Shown here piece by piece: positions 1 through 12,272 of a DNA stretch of 64,000 nt. The first letter of the stretch is position 1. Each line of letters starts with the position of its first letter. A model generated the notes under the pieces. That model had not been told where the DNA came from. It saw only the letters and a list, made by a program, of their open reading frames with translations, and did no database searches. Both the position numbers and the translations under genes were made by a program. Source of the DNA: Raja brachyura (taxonomy: Eukaryota); NCBI GenBank assembly GCA_963514005.1, contig OY740798.1:39060001-39124000 (forward strand), written 5' to 3'.

Positions 1-329
1 GGCACAACTGCAAACCTACCAAGACATGGCCGTCCACCTAAACTGACAGGCCGGGCAAGGAGAGCATTGATGAGAGAAGCAGCCAAGAGGCCCGTGGTAA
101 TTCTGTATTGACTCAGGGGGGCAGAATACTTTTGCACGCCACACTTTTCAGTTTTTTATTTGTGATAAAATTTGGAAACCATGTATCATTTTCCTTCCAC
201 TTCACAATTATGCACCACTTTGTGTTGGTCTATCACATAAAACCCCAATAAAATACATTTACGTTTGTGGTTGTAACGTGACACAATGTGGAAAAGTTCA
301 AGGGGTATGAAAACTTTCGCAAGCCACTG
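1..329 (+). mobile_element. Right end of an internally deleted Tc1-type DNA transposon (IR/DR-type TIR)
   Basis: 1-100 encodes a Tc1 transposase N-terminal fragment (GTTANLPRHGRPPKLTGRARRAL). Inner and outer direct repeats lie at ~117-141 and ~302-329. It ends ...GCCACTG followed by TA (330-331). Confidence 0.85.
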
Positions 330-574
330 TATGTGTTAAGAGAGTTTGGAGCACTTTTGTAGAGTCAGGATCTGTTTTGCTCCTCTCAGAAAAATGTCTT
401 TGCTTTTGAGACTTCAGTGAATTGTCAAGGCAGTAAGAAAGCCTCAGTGTTTTTAAATGCAGTAAATTGCTCCATAAACTAACTGTGAAGCTGCACATTT
501 CCCCAGCTTTTAAGTTACTGGGAATAGCACTAACTTTTAAAAAATGAACTGACCTATTACTTCTGTTCCTGTAG

Positions 575-662
575 GAGATGATAACTTTGGTAGGAAGGTG
601 ATTGTGTTCAGTGCTTGTCGGATGCCTCCCAGTCACCAGTTGGACCACACAAAACTGCTTCA
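575..662 (+). CDS. ARHGAP1: ARHGAP1 exon (BCH/CRAL-TRIO domain; [30 protein letters not shown]); upstream exons are outside the window
   Basis: gtag|GA...CA|gtgagt, 88 nt. The peptide is close to the recalled vertebrate ARHGAP1 sequence and its phase continues into 10087. Confidence 0.93.
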
Positions 663-1120
663 GTGAGTTTTCCAAAATACTTCATTTGTTACTTAGCTGT
701 TAAAAGTCCAATTCCAAAAGGAAAATAAAATGAATGGTTCAGAATGCAATGTGATTAGTGCAGTTTGGCCGCCAAGATTTCTAACTTGAACCTGACCGTG
801 AACAAAATAATAAAGTAGAGAATTTTGTAGTTATACAGCAGAGGTTACTTGTTGCAGTATACCAGTATTTTCTACCGTATCATTTTCCTCATCTCATTGT
901 GCAACTGACACGCACACTAAAATTTGGAAACTTTTTGAATGAATAATTGTCATAGTAACTGACGTCATAATTAAATGCATCACGTGTTCCTATGAATCAG
1001 AACAGTCAGCGGACACATGTTTCGAGGATGTAAAGGAATGGTGAACAAATAAACCAAAGTGTTTATGCTCATGTCCTTGAAGCATGTTTATACATTCAGA
1101 TCAAGGCGAGGATTTGCCAT

Positions 1121-1134
1121 TGGCGACGAGGATG
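1121..1134 (+). promoter_or_regulatory. Primer-binding site complementary to the tRNA-Ser(GCU) 3' end
   Basis: TGGCGACGAGGATG, 1 nt after the 5' LTR, is the reverse complement of ...CAUCCUCGUCGCCA. Confidence 0.8.
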
Positions 1135-2121
1135 AACTAGTAATTGTTCAGTTCAACTTTTGAAGCAGATATAATATTTTACGAAGCAGCTGGAATGAGA
1201 AGTATGAATTCATTTCAACTGAATGGGGAGGCGAGTGTTATGAGTGCAAAATTTGAGGCATAGCTAGAGGAATTTGAGTCCTACGCAGATAGCTTAGGTC
1301 TGCTTGTTGAAGGAGTAATGCCGGTGCAGCTCGCAGGATGGAGAGCATTGTTATTGTACAGTGCTGGAGCTTCAGTTCAGGAGACTTTCTAAACACTTCC
1401 AGAGACAGGAGGAAAAGCAGATTATGCGATGGCAGTTGCTGCTTTGAATAAGCATTATGTGGTGCAAACAAATGCCACATATCAACAACATATATTCTGG
1501 CAATCAACGCAGAGAGAGGGGGAAAGCATTGCTCAGTTTGTTACAAGATTGCACCAGGTTTCTGAGGGCAGCAACTATGGAGCTGAGTTGGAGAATCAAA
1601 TCAGGGATCAGGTTGTACAAAGTTGCAAATCAAATGACCTCACATGGGAAACACTGAAAATTGCCTGTTCATTTGAAGCCATGGAAACCCAGTTTCATTT
1701 GAAATTCAAAAGGTAATTCAAGTAAACATCTCAGATGATACCATTATTCATGGCACCACACATGAGGAACATGATGAAAGACTAAAGGCAAACACTAGTT
1801 CGGTTGAAGGCTGCTGGATTGGCAGTGAATGCGGAGAAATGTTTGCTTGGTGTTTCAGAATTGGTGTTTATGGGCCACAAGGTGACCAGCAATTGCACCA
1901 ATCCAGCTGAGGGCAAGATTGAAGCTGGAAAGAACAATATATATCCGACTCATTATCCAGATTGCTGAAAGTAGACAAACCGCAAGGGTCTACGCTGGAA
2001 ATAGAAGAAGAGTCAGACAATGTTCCAGAACTACAAGATGTTAGAGGGTGGATCCAAAGAGGTGACTGTGATGAATGTCCACACAGGATAAATGCAGCTG
2101 TCAGAGATGAACTATGCATAT

Positions 2122-4190
2122 TTAGAAACATAGACAATAGGTGCAGCAGTAGGCCATTCAGCCCTTCGAGGCAGCACCACCATTCAATATGGTCATGGCT
2201 GATCATCCACAATCAGTACCCCGTTCCTGCTTTCTCCCCATATCCCTTGATTCCATTAGTCCTAAGAGCTATATCTAACTGTCTCTTGTATAAATCAAGT
2301 GAATTGGCCTCCACTGCCTTCTGGGCAGAGAATTCCACAGATTCACAACTCTCTGGCTGAGAAATGTTTTCCCCATCTCAGTTCTAAATGCCTACCCCTT
2401 ATTCTTCAACTGTGAACCATGGTTCTGGACTCTCCCAATATGGGGAACATTTTTCCTGCATCTAGCCTGTCCTATCCATTAAGAATTTTATATGTTTCTA
2501 TAAGATCCCCTCTCCTCCTAAATTAAAGTGAATATAACCCCAGTCGATCCAATCTTTCAACATATGTCAGTCCCGCCATCCTGGGAATTAACTTGGTGAA
2601 CCTACGCTGCACTTCCTCAATAGCATGAATGTCCTTCCTCAAATTAGGAGACCAAAACTGCACACAATACTCCAGACGCGGTCTCAGCAGGATCCTGTAA
2701 CAACTGCAGTAGGACCTCCTTGCTCCTATACTCAAATCCTCTTGCTATGAATTAGCTTTCTTCGCTACCTGCTGTACCTCCATGCTGACTTTCAGTGACC
2801 GATGTGCAAGGACACCAAGGTCTCGTTGCACTTCCCCTTTTCCTAATCTGACACCATTCAGATGATAATCTGCCATCTTGTTCTTGCCACCAAAGTGGAT
2901 AACCTCACATTTATCCACATTATACTGCATCGGCCATGCATCTGCCCACTCATCCATCCTATCCAAGTTATCCTGCAGCCTCATGGCATCCTCCTCGCAG
3001 CTCACACTGCCACCCAGCTTTGTGTCATCCGCAAACTTGGAGATGTTACATTTAATTCCTTTGTGTAAATCGTTAATATAAATTTTAAATAATTTGGCCA
3101 GCCATTCTGAAAATGGCCCGTCAATTCCTACTTTTTGCTTCCTGTCTGCCAACCAGTTCTCTATCCATGTCAATACCTACTCAATAGCATGTACTCTAAT
3201 TTTGCACACTAATCTCTTGTGTGAGACCTTGTCAAAGGCTTTTTGAAAATCCAGATACATCACATCCACTGGCTCTCCCTTATCCATTCTACTTGTTACA
3301 TCCTCAAAAACATTCCAGAAGATTAGTCAAGCATGGTTTCCCCTTCATATATGCAGGCTGACTTTGACCGATCCTTCCATAGCTATCCAAATGCGCTGCT
3401 ATTACATCTTTAATAATCGACTCGAGTACCTTCCCCACTAGCAATGTCAGGCTAACTGTTTTATAGTTCACTGTTTTCTCTCTCCTTAAAAAGTGAGGTT
3501 ACATTAGCTACCCACCAGCCCACAGGAATTGATCCAGAGTCGAAAGAACATTGGAAAATAATTACCAATGCATCCACAATTTCTAGGGCCACCTCCTTAA
3601 GTACCCTAGGATGCAGACCATCAGGCCCTGGGGAATGATCTGCCAACAGTTTACCCAACACCATTTCATGACTAATGTGAATTTCCTTCAGTTTCACTAA
3701 CACGCTGGATCCCCGGTCCCCTGGTATTTCTGGTAGGTTGTTTGTGTGTTCCTTAGTGAAGACAAAACCAAAGTACTTGTTTAAATGGTCTGCCATTTTC
3801 TTGTTTCTCATTATAAGTTCACCTGTTTCTGACTAAGGGACCTACATTTGTCTTCACAAATCTTTTCCTCTTCACATATCTAAAGAAGCTTTTACAGTCA
3901 GTTTTTATATTCCCCGCAAGCTTTCTTTCATGCTCTATTTTCCCCCTTTATCCTCCTCTGTTGAATTCTAAATTTCTCCCAGTCCTCCAGTTTGCTGCTT
4001 CCTCTGGCCAATTTATACACCTCTTCCTTGGATTTAACACCATTCCTAATTTCCCTCGTTAGCCACGGTTGAGCTGCCTTCCCTGTTTTATTTTTACGCC
4101 AAACAGAGATGAACAATTGTTGTAATACATCAATGCGATCTTTAAATCTTTGCCATTGCATATCTACCGTCAACCCTTTAAGTTTCATTT
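2122..4190 (-). mobile_element. CR1 (HER1-type) LINE, 5'-truncated, nested in Gypsy pol
   Basis: RT fragments (SPGPDGLHPRVLKE, ISKFADDTKLGG, RPRLEYCVQFWSP). The 3' UTR and (GTTTCTAT)-like tail lie at ~2122. Gypsy pol resumes at 4191. Confidence 0.92.
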
Positions 4191-4267
4191 GGAAGGTGTG
4201 TGCTGGGATGGAAACAGGATCGTAGTGCCAACAAAGCTGAGATCAAGGATGAAGGGCATTTAGGAGT

Positions 4268-4880
4268 TAGAGTCATAGAGTGATACAGTGTGGAAACGGG
4301 CCTTTCGGCCCAACTTGCCCACACTGGCCAACATGTCCCAGCAATACTAGTCCCACTTGCCTGCGTTTGGTCCATATCCCTCCAAACCTGTCCTATCCAT
4401 GTACCTCTAACTGTTTCTGGATAGTCCCAGCCTCAACTACCTCCTCTGGTAGCTTGTTCCATATACCCATCACCCTTTAAAAGTTACCCCTCAGATTCCT
4501 ATTAAATCTTTCTCCTTCACCTTGAACCGATGTCCTCTGGTTCTCGATTCCTCTATTCTGGGCAAGAGATTCTATGCATCTACCTGATTTATTCCTCTCA
4601 TAAGATCACCCCTCTCCTCCTGCACGCCAAGAAATAGGAAGACCCAGCCTGGTCAACCTCAGACCCTGGCAACATCCTCGTAAATCTTCTCTGAACCCTT
4701 TCAAGCTTGACAATATCTTTCCTGTAACACGGAGCCCAGAACTGAACACGATACTCAAAATGTGGTCTCACCAACATCTTATACAACTGCAACATGACCT
4801 CCCAACTTCTATATTCAATACTCTGACTGATGAAAGCCAATGTGCCAAATGTCTATTTGACTACCCTTTCTACCTGCGAC
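4268..4880 (-). mobile_element. CR1 LINE 3' fragment of a second subfamily, nested in the Gypsy element
   Basis: ORF 4598-4840 (VRPHFEYRVQFWAPCYRKDIVKLERVQRRFTRMLPG). The 3' tail is distinct: ...gtttccacactgtatcactctatgactct. Confidence 0.9.
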
Positions 4881-6010
4881 CATCTTTACGGCAGTTTTGA
4901 TGGAAATATTCGGAAGACACGTTCTACCAGTGACAATATATTCAGACAATGGGCCTCAGTTCATTTCTCAGAAGTTTGCTGACTCTATGAAGAACACAGG
5001 CATGTACCATCACAAAGTTATACCAAAGTGGCCGCAAGCTAATAGGAAAGTGGAACGTCAGAACCAATCGCCAGAGAAGAGGATGAGCATTGCCCAAGCA
5101 GAAGGCAAAGATTTGAAGGAGATGCCTTTATCATATGTAGCAGCATATGGAGCTACACTAGACAGCAGAACAGGGAAGAGTCCGTCAGAATTGTTGTTTG
5201 GAAGGAAATTCTCCACCAAGATACCATGGGTAAGTGACATGGTAAATGATCAAGAAGTGACAGATCAAGATGCTGAAAGGAAATGGGCATCAAAGCTCCA
5301 TGCAGACAGGAGAGGAGGTGCCCGGTCATCAGATGTGATGCCAGGAGATGATGTACTCGTGAGAAGAGAAATTCCAAGCAAAATGGATACACCCTTTTTT
5401 CCACAGCCATACACAGTGGCGTCCAGACAGTGGCGTCCAGGTGACAGTACAATCGCCAGAAGGAATCAAATATGATCGAAACACATCGTACGTGAAAAAG
5501 TATTACAGTTGTGATCGTCCAGAGACACTGCAAACTGAAGTTGAGACTGGGGGGGTTCAGACACAAGACTGTCAAATTCAGGAGCCAAGAATGCACGAGT
5601 TTGAGGAGGAGGCTATGTGTAACCAGAATCAAGATGATGAACCGGACATGACCGATCAGAATCCAGTTCCAGTGCAAACAGATGCAGTGGTTAGACCAAA
5701 ACATCAGAGACCAAGCGATATGAGATGTATTGACATATGAAAATTATGTGTTATCAACGTGATGAATGCCATGTCCTAACTGGTAGAATGTTCAGTTTAC
5801 AATGGGTTGGTGCGGATATCCATTTAGTTTGATAAGGGAGGGAAGTCATGGTAACTGACATATTTAAATGCATCACTTGTTACTATGAGTCAGAAAGGTC
5901 AGAGGATGTAAAGGAATGGCAGACCAATAAACCAACCCGTTTATGTTCAGTCCCTGAAGCATGTTTATTACATTCGGATCAAGGTGAGGACCTGACAATA
6001 ATGAGCCAAT

Positions 6011-7660
6011 CCAAAGTCAAACAAAGTCAAAGTCAAACAAACTTTATTGTCATTTAGAAATACATTGATACATGCAGTTCCAAACGAAATTACGTTGCAT
6101 TTGGCTCCCTGTGCAACACAATAAAATTAACCGAAGGATAGGCATGGGTGAGAAGGATAAATAGACACTAGTGGCAGCCCATTACATGGCATTCAGGAGT
6201 CTGATGGCTCGTGGGAAGAAGCTGTTGCAGAACCTTGATGTTCTGCTCCTTATGCTGCGGTATCTTTTTCCCGAGGGCAGCAGAGTGAACAGTCCGTGAT
6301 GGAGATGTGTGGGGTCTTTTATAATACTGCTGGCCTTATACACACAGCGTTTGGTCGCAATATCCCCGATTGAGGGGAGAGAGGACCCGATGATTTTTTC
6401 CGCTGTCCTCACCACTCTCTGCACAGACTTCCAGTCGGAGGCTCTACAGTCCCCAAACCAGACAGAGATACAGCTGGTCAGAATACTCTCTATGGTGCCC
6501 CTGTAGAAAGTAGTGAGGATGGGATGGGGGAGATGAGCTCTTCTCATCCGGCGCAGAAAGTGCAACCGCTGCTGCGCTCTCTTAACAGTTGATGAGATGT
6601 TATTCGACCAGGTCAGACTGTTAGTGATCTGCACCCCCAGGAACTTTGTGCTACTGACCACCTCCACATCGCTGTCGTTGATGTGAAGTGGTGTGGGACT
6701 GTGCCGGGTTTTCCTGAAGTCGACGATAATCTCCTTTGTTTTCTCGACATTCAGGATCAGGTTGTTCGTATTGCACCAGTCCGCCAGTTGTTTCACCTCC
6801 TCCCTGTAAGCCAGCTCATTGTCGTCCCTGATGAGGCCCACCACTGTTGTGTCATCTGCGTACTTCATGATGTGGTTTGTACTAAACCTGGCACAACAGT
6901 CGTGAGTCATCAGGGTGAACAGCAGTGGACTCAGGACACAGCCCTGAGGGGAGCCGGTGCTCAGAGAGATGGTATTGGAGGTGTTATTTCCAACCCTCAC
7001 AGACTGAGGTCTGTCAGTGAGGAAGTCCAGTAGCCAGTTACACATGGGGGTGCCGAGGCCCAATGGAACCAGTTTGCTTATCAGGTGCTGTGGGATAATG
7101 GTGTTGAATGCTGAACTGAAATCCACGAACAGCATTCGCACATAGGTGTTTTTCTCCTCTAAATGTTCCAGGCTCAGATGGAGTACGGAGGATATAGCGT
7201 CCTCTGTGGAGCGGTTTGGCCTGTAAGCAAACTGGTATGGGTCAAGTGTGGAGGGGAGTCTGGAGGTGATGTGGTCCCTGACCAGCCTCTCGAAGCACTT
7301 CATCATTATGGGGGTGAGTGCTACAGGGCGGTAGTCATTGAGACATTGTATGTTGGATTTTTTTGGCACAGGTATGATAGTGGCAGTCTTGAAACATAAT
7401 GGGACGACAGCCTGGTTCAGCGAGGTGTTAAATATGTCCGTAAGGACATGTGCCAGCTGATCAGCACATTCCCTGAGCACCCGCCCTGGTATGTTATCAG
7501 GGCCTGCCGCCTTTCGCGCGTTCACTCCTTTTAGGGTCCTCCGAACATCCACTATGTCAAGACTGAGTGCCTTTTCCTCACAATGAGGAATACCTTTGCT
7601 TGCAGGTGTGTTATTTAATGCCTCGAACCGACCAAAATAGTTGTTGAGTTCATTGAGCGA
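6011..7660 (-). mobile_element. Rex1/Babar-type non-LTR retrotransposon, 5'-truncated, uninterrupted RT frame
   Basis: ORF 6182-7705 contains [47 protein letters not shown] and the C-terminus [10 protein letters not shown]...[12 protein letters not shown]. It has a short tandem-repeat tail (TTTGAC)n at ~6011-6040 after AATAAA. Confidence 0.92.
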
Positions 7661-7796
7661 GGTCATCCACGACCTCTCAAACCCTCCACTAAAGGATGCC
7701 TTCATCCATTAACTGAGGTGACTGGAGACAGGTTCCACTATAAGTGGACCTAAGTGGAGCATGTTTTTGTTAAACCCATCATGTTGCCTATTAAGT

Positions 7797-7933
7797 GTTA
7801 AAGAAGGAACTGCAGATGCTGGAGAATCGAGGGTTACACAAAAAGCTGGAGAAACTCAGCGGGTGCAGCAGCATCTAAGGAGCGAAGGAGATAGGCGACG
7901 TTTCGGGTCGAGACCCTTCTTCAGACCTATTCA
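7797..7933 (-). mobile_element. Penelope-like element terminus (short non-autonomous copy) with a hammerhead core
   Basis: Matches the terminus of the PLE at 61270-61990. It is flanked by a 14-bp TSD GTTGCCTATTAAGT (7783-7796, 7934-7947). Confidence 0.85.
7891..7930 (-). ncRNA. Putative minimal type I hammerhead ribozyme
   Basis: AUAGGU-CUGAAGA-A-GGGU(CUCG)ACCC-GAAA-CG-UC^GCCUAU gives an intact core, a 4-bp stem II, a 6-bp stem I and a minimal palindromic helix III. Confidence 0.6.
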
Positions 7934-8920
7934 GTTGCCTATTAAGTTGAATTGGTGAATGGCTTCATCCTGGGTTATCACCAGCCCTTCTGAAAGTTGG
8001 GGACCGTATTAAGTTGCTTAAACTAATAACGTTGGGCTTCAGAGATTAACGTAAGGAGCTAATAAGAAGGCAAATAGCGTTATTTACAGGATAAATTCAT
8101 TACTTTTGTAAACTTACAAAACAAATCTCATCTTTGACTACCCTATATAAAACCAGCACATCCAGCGAACAAGCAAGTTCAGAGATTTGGAGTCAGTCTC
8201 AGAGTGGGTGACGTTTCAGCATTCCCATCTGTTGCCCATTTTGTGTGCATCTGCATCCTGAGGGTGCGCCACCTAGCCTTGGATTTGTGTTGAATAGCAT
8301 CTCACCATAAGGCGACTGGTGTTTGTTGTTGCATCTCATCTTCGGAGAGCATAGGAATTAATCTTTGTAGAGGAAGACGCAGCTGTGTTACTCATTCATA
8401 GAATTAATCATGTGGCTAAGTGGTGATTTAATATGTTTTTGCCCTGATAAGCAGTCCATTGTTTTTGAGAATTGATGATGATATTTGAGACAATGAGCTA
8501 AACCTAAATGAACAGCAGTATATTGCAGGGATCTCGATTCCTTTCTGCTTAGCTGATTATTTGGGGTGAAGAATTTGTTGTTTTTTTCGAATTCTCTGAG
8601 TTAATTAAAATGATACAGAGGTCACCACGTCTATTCTCTAGCATATTCCAAATTTTGTAGGCAAGTCCAAGTTCTATAGATATTGACTTGCTCTCAGGGT
8701 GAAAACCACGACTGCCACAGACACTGTGATTCACTAACGCCACTTCATAGCCATCAGGTTCGCCTTTAATCTCAGTTACTTTGGTGGTATGTTTCACATT
8801 CTTGCTGAATTTGACTTTAAATCCTTGCAAACCACCATGAATTTTATTTCCCCATTCTATTTTCTATTCAAAGATTTGCTGATGCCATGAGAAAAGAAAG
8901 CCACAATTGTGAATGTTTAT

Positions 8921-9687
8921 AAGTCATAAGTAAGTCATAAGTTCATTTATTGTCACATACACCAATTGGTGTAGTGAAATTCACTGGCCAGGTCAGTCAC
9001 ACTATTTAAAAAAGCAATAGACTCAGAAAACACATTTAAACATAAACATCCATCACAGTGACTCCTACACATTCCTCACTGTGATGGAAGGCGAAATAAA
9101 GTTCAAGTCCTTCCCTTAGTTCTTCCTCGGTCGTGGGCCTCGAGCCCCTGTCGACAGGATGATCTTGACTCCCGTAGACAACGGCATTTCGGGCCCTCCG
9201 CGTCGAGTCGATCAGCTCCTGCATCGGGGGGATGTTAGCTCCCCCGCGCTGGAGGATAGAACCTTGCGTCGGGGCTGATCGAACCTTCTGCAGCGTTGGA
9301 GCTCCCGACTAGCCTCTCCCGAAGACTGCCAGCTCCGGATGGTAAAGTTCGCGGTAGTCGCAATCCCAGGCAAGGGATCAGCTCCGATGTTAAGTCCACG
9401 CCCCGCGGTGGGGTTCACGACAGTCCGAGGAGGCCTCCAGCTCCATCGATGTTAGGCCGCAGAGCCCGGAGAATGTGATCAGAAAATAATCACATCTCTG
9501 GCAAGGTAGGAACTTGGGGGGAAAAAAGTTTCCCCCGACCCCCCCCCCCCCCCTCCTCTCCCCCACATAAAACAAACCGAAGAACATTAAAGCAAACTTT
9601 AAACAAACGCTAAAAATAACAAAAGGTATGAAAAAACAAACAGACTGCCGGCAGGGCTGCTATCTCCCTCTTCCGACGCCCCCTATC
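8921..9687 (-). mobile_element. Non-autonomous retroelement, CpG-rich, with a Rex1/L2-like 3' end
   Basis: It has a short tandem tail (AAGTCAT repeats) followed by TTTATTGTCA, as at the Rex1 3' end (6042-6051). The body is GC/CpG-rich with no RT coding. Confidence 0.6.
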
Positions 9688-10086
9688 ATGATTCAGTGCT
9701 GCCCAGGTTAGAGATGCCAATGCTTTCTACTGTGTCTTCAAACTATTGAAACATCCCCCACTGGTGTTAAAAGTTGGGATCTTGCTACTGTCTATATTGA
9801 GGTGGTACCTTTGAAGTTTGCCACAAAGAGGCAGATTTAGTGTTCTTAGCCATGTTGCTTTATCAAGATGGTGTAGACTAATTTCCTGATATCTTGTATG
9901 AGATTTCCATTCACTAGTTTGCAATATTTTTCAATTAAGAGGCTGATAGTGTCAATACAGTGAATTTTGTTTTGGTCTCCATGTTTGGTTGAATTGTAAA
10001 GTTTAGAGCATATTAATGAGTCCATTAAAGTACATTGTACTGGGATTTGAGCAGTTCTGAGTTTGTTTCTCTTTCCCTGTTACTAG

Positions 10087-10218
10087 ATACCTGAAGATCA
10101 CACTGGATAAGTATGTTGAGAGTGACTACTCAGTTGTATACTTTCATTATGGACTCACCGGTCAGAATAAACCTTCGTTTGGCTGGTTGCTAGAAGCCTA
10201 CAGGGAGTTTGACAGAAA
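10087..10218 (+). CDS. ARHGAP1: ARHGAP1 exon ([44 protein letters not shown])
   Basis: ctag|A...AA|gtaagt, 132 nt, BCH domain motif. Confidence 0.95.
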
Positions 10219-10556
10219 GTAAGTACACTAATATCTTGCATAGGTTTTTAACATCTTGATGAACCTAGCACGAATGTAAATGTAACACACAATACAAACG
10301 TTGAGTGTGGGAATGCAGGTGTACCATGCTTGGTAGATTCCTGCAGTGGATTTATTTAAACTTAACCTGGCAAATAACATTGTGCATATGGTTAGATCAG
10401 TTTGCATCTTTCATACTAGGCTTCCTTCCCAGGCACGACATGGGGACAGAAGTTTGAGCAGTTGGTGTGGAAGTACAAGTGAGATTTAATGGGGTTTGGA
10501 GGTGATGTCAATGAAAAAATGTGCTGTGAGCAATGTTTACTCATGCTGCTTTCATA

Positions 10557-10965
10557 TAGAAACATAGAAAATAGGTGCAGGAGTAGGCCATTCGGCCCTT
10601 TGAGCTAGTACTGCCATTCAATATGATCATGGTTGATCATCCTGAATCAGTACCCTGTTCTGCTTTTTCCCCATATCCCCTGATTCTGTTAGCCCTAAGA
10701 GCTATATCTAACTCTCTCTTGAAAACATCCAGTGAATTGACCATCACTGCTTTCTGTGGCAGAGAATTCCACAAATTCACAACTCTCTGGGTGAAAACGT
10801 TTTTCCTCATCTGAGTCCTAAATGGCCTACCCCTTGTTCTAAAACTGTGACACCTAGTTCTGGAGTCTCCCAAAATTGGGAACATTTTTCCTGCATCTAG
10901 CCTGTCCAATCCCTGAAGAATTTTATGTTTCTATACGATCCCCTCTCATCCTTCTAAATTCTAAA
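10557..10965 (-). mobile_element. CR1 LINE 3' fragment
   Basis: ORF 10637-10909 (RTRCHS...FTQRVVNLWNSLP) plus the CR1 3' UTR and tail. Confidence 0.9.
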
Positions 10966-11639
10966 TATAATGTTTATTGTAGAATGCGCTGCTTTAAGAA
11001 AATGGGTTTGGCGCAATTGACTGCTTCAGTTTTATGTGAATGCTGATCATCAAGTGTGAGGAAAAAGTTAAGCAGTCGGCTCACACTGTACATTTTTGTC
11101 CTCAATATTGAACAGGTCATTGTGCTTATCAAAGAAACAGCCAATATCTTGAATTGCCATGAGATGTTTGCATTTGCTTGATCAGGCAAAACAGACTCAT
11201 TTAATGTTGCATGCTAAAGGCTAATGTGACAGTGCAGCATTCCCTCACTGCTGTTCTGACAACAGATTCTATGTTTAATCTCTGAGCTGAAGCTTGACCT
11301 TCTACTCTTTGACATATTAGTCAGATTAGTTTCATTTTTATCTCTTCAGAGTTATCTATTAAAACCAGATTCAAAAATGTCAAACAGACTTGGAAACTCA
11401 GCCTGTATTACATTTGCTAGTTTCCATAAAATGGCAAATGATCTTGGTCACTGGATATAGGTCGTGTTTTTTTTAAAAATTGTTTGTTGTGTGAAGTCAG
11501 AGGATTAAGGGGCATGTGGTCAACTTGGCATAGATGTCATTTCTATTCCTTTCAATCCCCAATTTCCACACTTGCCTGCACACGTGACAGTTTACAATGG
11601 CAAATTATCCTAGTAATTTGCATGGATTTGGGATGTTTA

Positions 11640-11940
11640 CTTTAATTTAGCGATCTAGCATGGAAAAAGGTCATTCAGCCCACTGAGTCTATGCCGACTA
11701 TCGATCGCTTGTTCAAACTAGTTCTATCATCTCACTTTTGCATCCACTCCCTGCTCACTCGAGGCAATTTACAGAGGCCAATTAACCTACAACTTTTCCT
11801 GTGTGCGAGGAAACTGGGGAAAGCCACATGGTCACAGGGAGAATTTGCAAATTCCCCATGGATAGCATCCAAGATCAGGGTTGAACCTGGGTCACTGGAG
11901 GTCTGAGACAGCAGCACCACGAGCTGCGTCACTCGTGGTG
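11640..11940 (-). mobile_element. HE1/V-SINE-like tRNA-derived SINE
   Basis: tRNA-like head (CCAGGTTCAACCC B-box-like), V-domain-like GGAGAATTTGCAAATTCTCCCTGTGACC, and a CR1-like tail. Confidence 0.8.
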
Positions 11941-12272
11941 CTGCTGCTCGTGAAGTTGCAAAAGAAGCACCTTCATTTGCAGCATTCAATCAGGAGCTGA
12001 ATAGGCATCTGAAATGAAAGAATATGCAAGGGTCTGGCAACAGGACAGGGGAATGGGATGAACTGGATTGTCTTTAAATAGAGCTGATACCCTGAATGCT
12101 TTGCTTCCACGTTGTAATCATTCTATGATTTGCAAGGAAACTTGTACTTAGCCATAAAGTAAACCTCTCTACAATGATCTTAGCTGAGATGGACCATGGG
12201 TCAAGGATCCTTGTGACAAGGCTCTCACATGAATAACCTTGTATCCCACATTTTTTAAGTTCCCTGAAGGTA

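Larger units (their letters stand above)
948..5997 (+). mobile_element. Decayed Gypsy (Mag-like) LTR retrotransposon with two nested CR1 insertions
   Basis: LTRs at 948-1119 and 5844-5997. 5-bp TSD ATAAT at 943-947 and 5998-6002. PBS at 1121-1134 and polypurine tract at 5834-5843. gag remnant ~1200-1716, RT/RNase H remnants ~1730-2120 and ~4191-4260, integrase core at 4897-5475 (IYSDNGPQF...PQAN..VER). Confidence 0.92.

Noticed and set aside
5153-5704. 183-aa ORF on -, and similar ORFs at 19536-19979, 22765-23259 and 62602-63171
   Set aside because: They are antisense or off-frame to transposon sequence or low-complexity intron, with no recognisable domain or splice support.
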